Shown one piece after another: positions 17,479-26,192 of a DNA stretch of 64,000 bases; within the stretch, counting starts at the first letter, position 1, and the number at the start of each line of letters is the position of its first letter. The stretch covers positions 121,354 through 185,353 of the forward strand of contig QFPM01000004.1 of NCBI GenBank assembly GCA_003248655.1, written 5' to 3'. The DNA is from Microbacterium sp. (lineage in GTDB: Bacteria > Actinomycetota > Actinomycetes > Actinomycetales > Microbacteriaceae). The position numbers were made by a program, and so were the translations under genes. The notes beneath the pieces are model-generated. The model worked only from the letters and a program-made list of their open reading frames with translations, did no database searches and was not told the DNA's origin.

Positions 17479-18996
17479 CTAGAAGGGCGGCGGGTCGGCG
17501 TCGATGACGTACCCAGATGGGCTGGTCCACCGCAACTGACCCGTCTGTGGGTCGCGATGCAGTTCCCACAGTGTCTCGTCCTTCAGCGTGTGGTGCGGAT
17601 CGGAAAGAGGCGCGAGGTTGTCTGCCGCCGTGGCGCCGCCATCGGTCCATCGATGTCGATGGTCGATGTCGCACGTGTGCGATGGTCTTTCGCAGCCGGG
17701 GAACACGCACGTGGGGTGGCTGATCTCGAGGAACCGTCTGAGATCGGCGGGGACTCGGTAGGCGCGTCGGTCGACGTCCATGACCGTCCCACTCACCGGA
17801 TGGGTGAGTACTCGAATCCAGCTCGCCGCGCCACCGGCGAGTTGACGCGCGGTGTCGAGGTCGATCGGCCCGTATCCGTCTAGGGTCGCGGGCTCGTCGG
17901 AGTGGCCGAGAAGAGTGAGCGCGGGGATGGTGATCCGCACGGTCGGGACGATCCCGGCGGCGCGGGCCTTCGCCGCGTCGCCATCGATCGCACATCCGTC
18001 GGATTGGTTCGGCGCGTCGGGCGCCGAGGCGCCCGCGCATCCACATGCGCCAATGGTCCCGGTCAGAAGCAGGTCGCAGAACGCGTCGGCACGCAGCTGA
18101 GCATGGGTACGGGACTCGCCGTCTAGCCTGCTGAGGTGGCCAGCGAGGTCGTCGAGGAGTGCGTCAGTAGCCTGAGCCTTGTGGGCGGGAACGATGGCGA
18201 CCAGCTGTGCCATGCCGTCGAGAAGCGGGTCGAGGTAGACCCGTCGCGCGTCGGCGGCGCGGCGGTGCCGCTCGTGCAACGACTCGCGGTGCGCACGCTC
18301 GCGTGCGGCACGGGCGCGCGTGCGGAACCGACCGGGCGCCGTCGTGCTGGCGAACGCGGTCACGGTGTCGTCGAACTCTGCCCACGAGCCCGGGGCATCG
18401 TCGGGGAGCGATGACGCGAGATCGACCGCGGTGGCGACGTTCTGCTCCGACACCAGCCCGGCGAGGCACTGCTGCCAGAGGTTTGGGCAACGCGCGGACA
18501 GGACGGATGCCCGGTGGGCGCGGTTGCGGACCTGGTTGTCGGTCAGCGACACTCGGACGGCGATGTCGGCGGCTGCTGAGCGAACCGCGAGGCTTCTGCG
18601 ACGCGACCGCCACGACGCCACCGTGTACCCCGGCGGCGGTGTCCACAGCGGGTCTTCGGTAGGGTCCGGCCCGACCCATGGCACCGGGTCAGCGCCGGCG
18701 CGGGTGAGAAGGTGATGAAACGCGGCATCCTGCGCGACCGCGGTCGCTCGAGCCGCACGGACGGTGCCTTCGATATCGACGAGCTCTTCGAACATCCCCT
18801 GCGCCTCGGACGAGTCGAGGTCGGGTGGAAGCAGGTGGTCGTCTTCGTCGACGGCGTCGCACTCGTCGTCGAACTGCGCGCACCATGCGTTGAAGTACGC
18901 ATCGCCGAACGCGTCGTCGCGCCACGCCGCCTCTTGCGGCGGAGTCGACACGAACCTGACTTCCATACCTCTCACGATAGGAGGGGGTTCCGACAT
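17479..18996 (-). CDS. DUF222 / HNH endonuclease family protein (REP13E12-like)
   Basis: C-terminal CVFPGC...DIDHRHRW...PHH HNH motif with a DUF222-like N-terminal region. Start taken at MSEPPP (18996); an alternative ATG is at 18966. The rest of ORF 17479..19578 overlaps the exonuclease gene. Confidence 0.8.
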   Translation of the reverse strand: MSEPPPIVRGMEVRFVSTPPQEAAWRDDAFGDAYFNAWCAQFDDECDAVDEDDHLLPPDLDSSEAQGMFEELVDIEGTVRAARATAVAQDAAFHHLLTRAGADPVPWVGPDPTEDPLWTPPPGYTVASWRSRRRSLAVRSAAADIAVRVSLTDNQVRNRAHRASVLSARCPNLWQQCLAGLVSEQNVATAVDLASSLPDDAPGSWAEFDDTVTAFASTTAPGRFRTRARAARERAHRESLHERHRRAADARRVYLDPLLDGMAQLVAIVPAHKAQATDALLDDLAGHLSRLDGESRTHAQLRADAFCDLLLTGTIGACGCAGASAPDAPNQSDGCAIDGDAAKARAAGIVPTVRITIPALTLLGHSDEPATLDGYGPIDLDTARQLAGGAASWIRVLTHPVSGTVMDVDRRAYRVPADLRRFLEISHPTCVFPGCERPSHTCDIDHRHRWTDGGATAADNLAPLSDPHHTLKDETLWELHRDPQTGQLRWTSPSGYVIDADPPPF

Positions 18997-19022
18997 CGCC
19001 CGCGGAAACGAAGAGGGCTCGG

Positions 19023-19811
19023 TCAGCGGACGGGCCAGCTGCCGTCGAGCCGGTCGGCGGGGTTGAGCCGCCCGATCCGGATGAAGTACTCGGTCAGGCT
19101 CTCGGCCTGCGCGCGCGCCCACGCGATCTGCTGCGTGTGCAGCTCGTGCGCCGGGGTCGTCAGATCGAACCGCCGGGCGAGGGCCTGCGCGACGCGGCCG
19201 GCGGCGATGGCATCCGCCGCCGCGTCGTGCGCGCCGACGAGCGAGACCGCGTAGTGCGCCGCGACCACCTCGAGCGTCCGCTTGCCCTTGCGGAAGCGGT
19301 CGTGGGCCTTGTCGAGCACGAGCGGGTCGATCACGGGCGCGGGATCGACGATCGGCGGGATGCCGTGGCGCAGAGCCTCGTGCTTGAGCAGCGAGAAGTC
19401 GTAGGAGGCGTTGTAGGCGACGACGGGGATACCCGCGGCGAACAGCTCGCGCAGGGCGTCGACGACCTCGGCGACGACCTGGATGGCGGGGCGCCCGTGG
19501 GCGCGCGCGTGCGCCGTCGTGATGCCGTGAACCGCCGTCGCACCCTCGGGGATCTCGACACCGGGGTCGGCCAGCCACGAGCGCGACTGCCGGGGAGAGC
19601 CGTCGGGACCGAGGAGCCCGACGTGGGCCGTCACGATGCGGTCCGTCGTCACGTCGACCCCGGTCGTCTCGAGGTCGAAGACACCGACGGCATCCGTCCA
19701 GCGCGCGGGCGCAGCGGCGCCGACTGCGCCCTCGACCGCCGCCTCGGTGCGCTCGGGCGCAGCGTCATCGCGCTCGTCGCCCCACAGCGGGAGTGGCTGC
19801 CCCTGGTCCAT
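19023..19811 (-). CDS. DEDDh 3-prime-5-prime exonuclease (DnaQ/epsilon-like)
   Basis: Exo I VFDLETTG, Exo II AYNASYDFSLL, Exo III HDAAADA. Confidence 0.8.
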   Translation of the reverse strand: MDQGQPLPLWGDERDDAAPERTEAAVEGAVGAAAPARWTDAVGVFDLETTGVDVTTDRIVTAHVGLLGPDGSPRQSRSWLADPGVEIPEGATAVHGITTAHARAHGRPAIQVVAEVVDALRELFAAGIPVVAYNASYDFSLLKHEALRHGIPPIVDPAPVIDPLVLDKAHDRFRKGKRTLEVVAAHYAVSLVGAHDAAADAIAAGRVAQALARRFDLTTPAHELHTQQIAWARAQAESLTEYFIRIGRLNPADRLDGSWPVR

Positions 19812-19920
19812 GCCTCGACGCTATGGCCTGGCTCCGACATGAGCGTTGACCCACGCCGGGCTGATGTCATCCCAACGACCTACAGCGCGGAGCCGAGTCG
19901 GTGTGCAATCGTGGTGCGAG

Positions 19921-20386
19921 ATGTCAACTGATTCCGTGTCGCAGGACGCACCGCGAGCACTGTACTCGGCGGGAGTCCGCCGTCGGCGGGCGCGAGTTCT
20001 CGCGCTTGCGTTGGTCATGGGACTCGTGCCGTTGCTCTCCGGTTGTGGAGATCGGCCGTGGAAGGGTGAACGCGAGGAGCGGATCGACGCGGCCGTCGCG
20101 AGCATCGACTTCTCGTCGGTCGGCGGCATCGACTGTGACTACCGGGCGCCTTCTCGGGATTGCTGGCGCCGAGAACGGCCAAGCGGTTGTCGACGCGATC
20201 ATGGCGGCGGGATACACGACCAACGGCCGTGACGATGACATCAGTGATGGCAGCATGTACGTCTCCGACAGTTCCGGCCTCGTGAGTTTCGGGGTGTCCG
20301 TCGTGACTGAGGGCGAGAGAAAGTATGCGTTCGGGTACTGCGTCTCCCCGCCCGAAGGTGCAGTGCTTCTCATCGTTAATGGCTAG
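19921..20386 (+). pseudogene. lipoprotein paralog A, reading frame broken after codon for ...DCDYR
   Basis: Lipobox LLSGC and the N-terminal half are in the frame of ORF 19846..20232. The conserved C-terminal domain (GIAGAENGQAVVD...YAFGYCVSPPEG) is in the +1 frame (ORF 19901..20386). Confidence 0.5.
20026..20145 (+). repeat. 120-nt block, 119/120 identical to 20642..20761
   Basis: Direct comparison of the two paralogs. The only mismatch is T20046 versus C20662. Flanking paralogous sequence is far more diverged. Confidence 0.9.
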
Positions 20387-20536
20387 ATGAACGTGGAGCA
20401 GGCATGCCTCACTGTCTTCTTGCTGCGATCGTGATCACAACGACACCCGCAGGCCCGTCAAACGTAGACGAAAGTTGGTAGTCGTCGGGGCCAGGGATCT
20501 GACGGAATGGGTTCACGGGGCTGAGGGAGTTGCCGG

Positions 20537-20997
20537 ATGAGGTCACGAGGGTGCGGAGGTGCCTCGAGTGCGGTCGTCAGCGTGGGGCAGCAGCGTCATG
20601 CCCGACGCGCGGCGGCGACCGTGTTCCTGGCGTTGGCCTGTGTGCCGTTGCTCTCCGGTTGCGGAGATCGGCCGTGGAAGGGTGAACGCGAGGAGCGGAT
20701 CGACGCGGCCGTCGCGAGCATCGACTTCTCGTCGGTCGGCGGCATCGACTGTGACTACCGGTCATCGGGATCGCTGGCGCCGACAACGGCCAAGCCGTGG
20801 TGGATCTGTTGGTCGCAGCCGGGTACGGCACGAACGGCCGAACCGACGACCTCAGTGACGGATACATATCACTGAGCGACAACGCGGGAGTCGTCGAGTT
20901 CGCGATCTCGGTGGTGACAGAAGGAGATCGTCGCTATGCGTTCGGGCACTGCACGTCCCCCCCGGACGGAGCTGTGGACGTACGAGTGCTCGGATAA
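20537..20997 (+). pseudogene. lipoprotein paralog B, reading frame broken after codon for ...DCDYR
   Basis: The N-terminal half with lipobox LLSGC is in ORF 20537..20875. The conserved C-terminal domain (GIAGADNGQAVVD...YAFGHCTSPPDG) is in the -1 frame (ORF 20797..20997). Confidence 0.5.
20642..20761 (+). repeat. 120-nt block, 119/120 identical to 20026..20145
   Basis: See the partner repeat at 20026..20145. The offset between copies is 616 nt. Confidence 0.9.
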
Positions 20998-21051
20998 CAA
21001 CCATGTCGATCTGCCTATAGCAAGTTCCCGAAATGTGACCATCAGGGAGAT

Positions 21052-24000
21052 GTGATGCTCGGAATTCGCAAACTCGCTTTGACCGTTCTGGTCATCACCT
21101 TGAGTTCAATGGTCGCAGCTCCCGCTCTGGCCGAACAGCCGTTCGCTTGCCCGGACTACCGCATCTACGGAGTTGCGGGAACTAACGGGGTGCAGGCCGA
21201 TTTGCTAAGCGACGATCCGAAACTGCTGGGCGAAACTACTCGGCAGACGGCGCTCGAGATTCAGCGACTGCTGGAGCTAGAGGATTTCACGGTCGATATG
21301 CGCGGTCTCGACTATCCGGCCACGGGTCTCCCCTACTCTGTCGGCGACGGACTCCGCGGACTGTATGAGTTGATCGACGACTTTGTGGAGGACTGTCCGA
21401 GTACGTGGCTCATCTTGACGGGATACTCGCAGGGCGGCGACGTTGTCGGTTCCTACGCCCAGACTGAAGTGTCGATACTGAATCTCAAGCGCGACCGTAT
21501 CGCGGGCGTCGTCCTGCTGGGCGACCCTCGTTTCAACTCGGCAGATGGCTGGGCGAACAGCGGAACATACAGCGAGGAGAGGGGCGGCGACCTCCTGTTC
21601 ACGGTCGACAATCGTTCGCTCTTCGAACCCCTCGTGGTTGACACTGAGGCTGATCCACCGCTCGACATGGCAGTGGTTTCGATGTGCCGTGCATGGGACA
21701 GGTTCTGTCAGGGCTCGAAAGTCCGCCCGTTCCTTTGGGATGACCGGTTCTACGCTCCAGACCGCGACGCGATTACCCGGCACAACCCCCCGGGCAACGA
21801 AAACTATGAGCACGAGAGCTACAAGCCGGACGATGTGAAGGCGGCGGCGTGTGAGCTCGTCACGAAGATGGGTTTTGACGTGTGCGACCCGGCCGTTGTG
21901 GAGCGGGATCCACTCGATGTTGTGTTTCTCATCGACACGACGGTGGGCGGTTTCGCGAACGTCGAGGAACTGCAGAGCCGGGCCGCGGAGTTCGTCAACG
22001 ACGCGACCCACGACGCGGCGACGACGCACTATGCGGTGATCTCCTACGGGCAGGGCTCTGTCGTGAATGAGACCGACGGCTTCACAGATGACGACACCCT
22101 GGCAGTGGAGAGGATCGAAGAACTGGAGTCGACTGCCGGCACTTATGGGTCGCTCTATAGCGCGATCTCATTGGCGAACGACCTGGACTGGCGCGAGGAT
22201 GCGAGGAAGGTGACGATGACTTTGTCGACGTCACGCACCTGCCCCTCGCAGTACTGTGCGACCGAGTATGGCGCGCTCGGCGAATCCGCCAGCCTCTTGC
22301 TGATGGACGCGGGGTTGGAGGGGCATACCTCTGGCGCCTACACCCGCGACAACGATTGGTTCTTCGAGCGACCCGGCTGGTCATCGGCCTTTTGGGGGGG
22401 TGCATCGCGGTTGGGTGGCGCCGCTACCCCGCAAGAGAACATCAATGGCTTGCACGACGTGTATGTCGGCGCTCTGACCGCCGACCTAAGCCCCTCCGAC
22501 CCCATCGTCGGCAGCGAGTCCCTCGTGGCGGGCCAGTCGGGGACATTCCGCGCGGATAGCATCGTGCCGTTCTATGTCGATTCGCCGCCGCGGCGCTTTG
22601 TATGGAGCTTTGAACGCACCGATGACATCGGCCCCCGGAGCGAGACCGGTGCTCCCGGAGGCGGCGGTGGTGTGGAGATCAACATGGTGAGCACCACGGC
22701 GGTGGCAGCGGAGTCGGCGCTGAGCGCGCCACCTGCGGCCTTGTCGTCGGCCGAAGGGGAGGAGCCCGCCGAAACGCTTCCTGAGGACCAGGGCCCCGTG
22801 TTCCGCCCTGTCTTCGAAGAGCCAGGTGTCTACACGGTCACGGTAACGGCCTATGTAGATGGCGGGACAAGGGAATACTCCCAACTCGTGCGTGTGTATG
22901 AGACGCCCACCGTCGCGCCGGCCGCACCTTTGGTCGAGTCGCACGTCGACGGCGACGAGCAGGTCTTCCACTGGTATGCGGGTGACGGCGAGTTCGCTCC
23001 TGCGTACGTCTTCTTTGACGAGGACGGAGTCGCGGTCGACTCTACGGATGTGGAGACCACGCTGAGCCAGATTCGGCCGGGTGAGTTCGAGCGACGCGTC
23101 GCGCTCCGCGACCCGGCAGACAGGTACACCCTCTCCGCCTGGAACGAGGTCGGGCTGACACCGGCGACGCCGCTTGTGACCGCGACGACCGCGACCTACG
23201 CGCACGCCGTACTGGACGACGGAATACCCTCCGGCGGCACCTTGGAGCTGTCAGGTACGTCGTCGGTAGAGATCGCCGCGCTCCTCGAGGACGCCCCGGA
23301 GTTCGACGGCGACTACGTCGCCTCGCTGCGGTCGCCGCGCGGTGACGCGGTTGACGTCGACATGCTCACCGCGACAGCTGATGCGACCGACGGCGACGAG
23401 TGGGGACTGACGATGCAGCTGCGCGATGCGATGACCCCGGACGGTGGGTCGGTGACCGACATGCTGGAAGACGGGTTCGACGAAGAGCTGCTACTTGGCG
23501 GCACCGTGCAGGTCCACGCGGATGGCGTTCCCGTGGACATCCGTATCGATCCCACCGGAGAGATCGACCTGATCGACGAGTACGTGATCGAGGCCGGTGT
23601 CACACCCCCCGCCGGCGTCCCGGCGTCGGCGATCACGGTCGACCCGCAGGCGCCGTCCCTTCAGCTGAGCTCCGACGATGCCGACAACCTGCCGTTCGTG
23701 GAAGAGTCCACTGACCCGCTCGGCGACTGGAGCCAGGCGACTATCACTGATGTGCGGACCTGGATCGGCACCACCGAAGTCACACACACACTCACCGGTG
23801 CGGGTATCTCGGTCACCGGTGCGGGCGGCCCCACCGATGCGGTGATCGATTTCGACGGCCGCGTCGTGGGAGGCAGCGGCAACCTCACCCGCGATTTCCT
23901 CCAGAACGGCACGATCTCGTTCGTCGTCAATGGCGCCACTCCGACCGTGCTGACCTTCGCAATGAGCGGGCAGGAGGCGCAGGAGCTGTACCCCGATCTC

Positions 24001-24681
24001 GATCCACCGCGGCTGGTGGGCCGGTCGACGATCGCACTGACCCAATACCGAGAGGCCGCATCCTGGTCGCCGGTGCTCGACTGGGGCGACGGCGAGGAGG
24101 GGGCTGTGACGGTAGAGGGCACGCTTCCCCTTGGTCTGACGTGGGATGAGTGGTCCCACGCGCTCTGGGGAACGGCAGAGGAATCGGGCACCTTCCCCAT
24201 CCAGTTGACCGCACACGGCGACTATGGTGCGGCGACGAAGTCGTACAACGTCGTCGTCGGGTCGCCGTCGGCAGTGGCGCAGAGCCCCGTTGGACACACT
24301 TGGATCTCGGACTACCAAGATGGGGCCGGCATCGATCTGGTCGATGTCTACATCGCCGGCGGCGGGTACTTCCGCGCCGACAATCCGGCATTCTCGACGA
24401 CCTTTCCGGTGTGGGATGCCTTTCAGCAGAGCGGGCACCTGTTCGGCAACGTCGACGATGTCGCCTTCTACGACCCCGACGGGGAGCCTCTGCCAGTCGA
24501 TGGCGAAGCGACGCTGGAGATCTGGAGTGGGTCGCCCGACTGGTTCACGATCCAGGCCACCCTGCACCGCACCGATGCGACGGCCGGCGCATTCTCGGAC
24601 CTGGTTGCCGCGCGAGGTTGGATCACGTTCACGTACGACGGGGGCGCGACCAACACCGTGTCGTTCGTGCCGGCGAACTGA
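21052..24681 (+). CDS. large secreted multidomain protein: N-terminal cutinase-like serine esterase, vWA-like domain, PKD/Ig-like repeats
   Basis: SD AGGGAG, then GTG-ATG. Sec signal peptide ending ALA-EQ. Cutinase hallmarks are present (CPDYRIYGVAGT, GYSQGG, paired Cys). DVVFLIDTTVG is a vWA-like strand. GVYTVTVTAYVDGG is PKD-like. LPLGLTW...GTFPIQLTA is Ig-like. No cell-wall anchor. Confidence 0.7.
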   Translation: MMLGIRKLALTVLVITLSSMVAAPALAEQPFACPDYRIYGVAGTNGVQADLLSDDPKLLGETTRQTALEIQRLLELEDFTVDMRGLDYPATGLPYSVGDGLRGLYELIDDFVEDCPSTWLILTGYSQGGDVVGSYAQTEVSILNLKRDRIAGVVLLGDPRFNSADGWANSGTYSEERGGDLLFTVDNRSLFEPLVVDTEADPPLDMAVVSMCRAWDRFCQGSKVRPFLWDDRFYAPDRDAITRHNPPGNENYEHESYKPDDVKAAACELVTKMGFDVCDPAVVERDPLDVVFLIDTTVGGFANVEELQSRAAEFVNDATHDAATTHYAVISYGQGSVVNETDGFTDDDTLAVERIEELESTAGTYGSLYSAISLANDLDWREDARKVTMTLSTSRTCPSQYCATEYGALGESASLLLMDAGLEGHTSGAYTRDNDWFFERPGWSSAFWGGASRLGGAATPQENINGLHDVYVGALTADLSPSDPIVGSESLVAGQSGTFRADSIVPFYVDSPPRRFVWSFERTDDIGPRSETGAPGGGGGVEINMVSTTAVAAESALSAPPAALSSAEGEEPAETLPEDQGPVFRPVFEEPGVYTVTVTAYVDGGTREYSQLVRVYETPTVAPAAPLVESHVDGDEQVFHWYAGDGEFAPAYVFFDEDGVAVDSTDVETTLSQIRPGEFERRVALRDPADRYTLSAWNEVGLTPATPLVTATTATYAHAVLDDGIPSGGTLELSGTSSVEIAALLEDAPEFDGDYVASLRSPRGDAVDVDMLTATADATDGDEWGLTMQLRDAMTPDGGSVTDMLEDGFDEELLLGGTVQVHADGVPVDIRIDPTGEIDLIDEYVIEAGVTPPAGVPASAITVDPQAPSLQLSSDDADNLPFVEESTDPLGDWSQATITDVRTWIGTTEVTHTLTGAGISVTGAGGPTDAVIDFDGRVVGGSGNLTRDFLQNGTISFVVNGATPTVLTFAMSGQEAQELYPDLDPPRLVGRSTIALTQYREAASWSPVLDWGDGEEGAVTVEGTLPLGLTWDEWSHALWGTAEESGTFPIQLTAHGDYGAATKSYNVVVGSPSAVAQSPVGHTWISDYQDGAGIDLVDVYIAGGGYFRADNPAFSTTFPVWDAFQQSGHLFGNVDDVAFYDPDGEPLPVDGEATLEIWSGSPDWFTIQATLHRTDATAGAFSDLVAARGWITFTYDGGATNTVSFVPAN

Positions 24682-24697
24682 TCGACGCGGGGCCTCG

Positions 24698-24703
24698 TAG
24701 ACT
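24698..24703 (+). promoter_or_regulatory. candidate -10 hexamer (TAGACT), leaderless spacing
   Basis: 6 nt upstream of the ATG at 24710. Confidence 0.4.
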
Positions 24704-24709
24704 CGACGG

Positions 24710-25618
24710 ATGACCGTGTCTTCGCCGTACGCCGAACGGCTGGCCGCGATTGCGGTCGAGCGGCGCGAGGTCACGGTGCGCGGCGGCACGACCGCCTACT
24801 GGGTGTACGGGCCGGCGGATGCCGAGGTGACGCTCGTCATGGTGCACGGGTATCGGGGAGACCATCACGGGCTCGAGCCCGTCGTCGCCTTCCTCGACGG
24901 CATCCGGGTCATCTCACCCGACCTGCCGGGCTTCGGCGAGACGCCGCCCCTCACGGGCACCGCGCATACGCTCGACGCGTATGCAGACTGGCTCACCGAC
25001 TTCCTGGCTGCCGTCGCCCCCGGCGCGCCGATCCTCGGGCACTCGTTCGGCTCGATCGTCGTCGCGGCGGCCGTCGCGGGGGGGCTTGAGACGCCGCGCG
25101 TGATCCTCGTCAACCCGATCGGCGCACCCGCGCTCGAAGGGCCCCGCGGCATCCTGACGCGCCTCGCCGTCTTCTACTACTGGGCGGGGGCGAAGCTGCC
25201 GAAGCGGGCCGGCGACGCGCTCCTGCGAAACCCGCTCATCGTGCGGGTCATGAGCGTGTCGATGGCCAAGACCCGCGACAAGGAGTTGCGCGCGTTCATC
25301 CACGACCAGCACGACACCTACTTCTCACTCTTCGCCGACCGTGACGTGCTGCACGAGGGCTTCGTCACCTCGGTCTCGAACGACGTGCGCGCGCACGCCG
25401 CGAGAGTCGCCCAGCCGGTCCTGCTCGTCGCCGCCGAGAAGGACGACATCACCCCGATCGCCGCGGAGCGGCACCTGCAGACGCTCTTCCCGGATGCCGA
25501 GCTCGTCGAGATCCCGGACGTCGGCCACCTCATCCACTACGAGACGCCGGAGCGCGCGGCCCGCGAGATCACGCGTTTTCTTCGGCCTCTTCGGCCTTCC
25601 GCCGGCGATACGCCATGA
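24710..25618 (+). CDS. alpha/beta hydrolase
   Basis: HGYRGDHH oxyanion region, nucleophile elbow GHSFGS, C-terminal GHLIH. Confidence 0.8.
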   Translation: MTVSSPYAERLAAIAVERREVTVRGGTTAYWVYGPADAEVTLVMVHGYRGDHHGLEPVVAFLDGIRVISPDLPGFGETPPLTGTAHTLDAYADWLTDFLAAVAPGAPILGHSFGSIVVAAAVAGGLETPRVILVNPIGAPALEGPRGILTRLAVFYYWAGAKLPKRAGDALLRNPLIVRVMSVSMAKTRDKELRAFIHDQHDTYFSLFADRDVLHEGFVTSVSNDVRAHAARVAQPVLLVAAEKDDITPIAAERHLQTLFPDAELVEIPDVGHLIHYETPERAAREITRFLRPLRPSAGDTP

Positions 25619-26138
25619 CGTTCATGCGGTTGCCGCAGTTGCCCGTGTCGCAGTAGCGCTTCGAGCCGTTCTTCGAGAAGTCGATGTACACCGACTCGCA
25701 GTCGTCCGCGCTGCACACGCGCACGCGGTCCCACTGATCCGAACGGATGACGTCCACGAACGCCATCGCCGACTCGACGAGCATGCGCGTCGACAGCGGC
25801 GCATCGGGCTCGGTCGCGTGGATGTGCCAGTCGAAGCTGTCGTGGATGACGAGCTGGGGGAGCGCCCTGCCATCGCGGAGCATCGCGTTCACGAGCGGCA
25901 CGGCACCGTCGCGGTCGACGTTCCACAGTTCACGCAGGCGTGGCCGGTTCGCGCGCACGGCGTCGAGTTCGTCGTCATCGCGGCGGAACGTACCCGTGTA
26001 GGCGTACTCGTCGAGATACGCGTCGAAATCGGCCTGCGTCGCGAGGCGATCGACGCCCTCCGTATCCGTGTCGGGGAGCGTGTTGACGAGCGCCGCGGCA
26101 GCGCGCAGCGACATCTCCGTGTCATGGATGAAAACCAT
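25569..26138 (-). CDS. CGNR zinc-finger (ABATE domain) putative regulator
   Basis: C-terminal C..C....C...CGNR motif (CSADDC...YCDTGNCGNRMN). Start taken at MVFIHD (26138); the ORF is open to 26171. Confidence 0.8.
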   Translation of the reverse strand: MVFIHDTEMSLRAAAALVNTLPDTDTEGVDRLATQADFDAYLDEYAYTGTFRRDDDELDAVRANRPRLRELWNVDRDGAVPLVNAMLRDGRALPQLVIHDSFDWHIHATEPDAPLSTRMLVESAMAFVDVIRSDQWDRVRVCSADDCESVYIDFSKNGSKRYCDTGNCGNRMNVMAYRRRKAEEAEENA

Positions 26139-26192
26139 TTGACTCCTGACGATTGGGGGCGGTACTGTCACCAGTGTAGACAGCCCACACTC

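Noticed and set aside
20026-20761. A diversity-generating retroelement (template/variable repeat) or programmed ribosomal frameshifting could explain the duplicated 120-nt block and the frame breaks.
   Set aside because: There is no reverse transcriptase nearby, and the single mismatch is T/C rather than adenine-specific. The two genes need shifts of opposite sign, and no slippery heptamer sits at the junctions.
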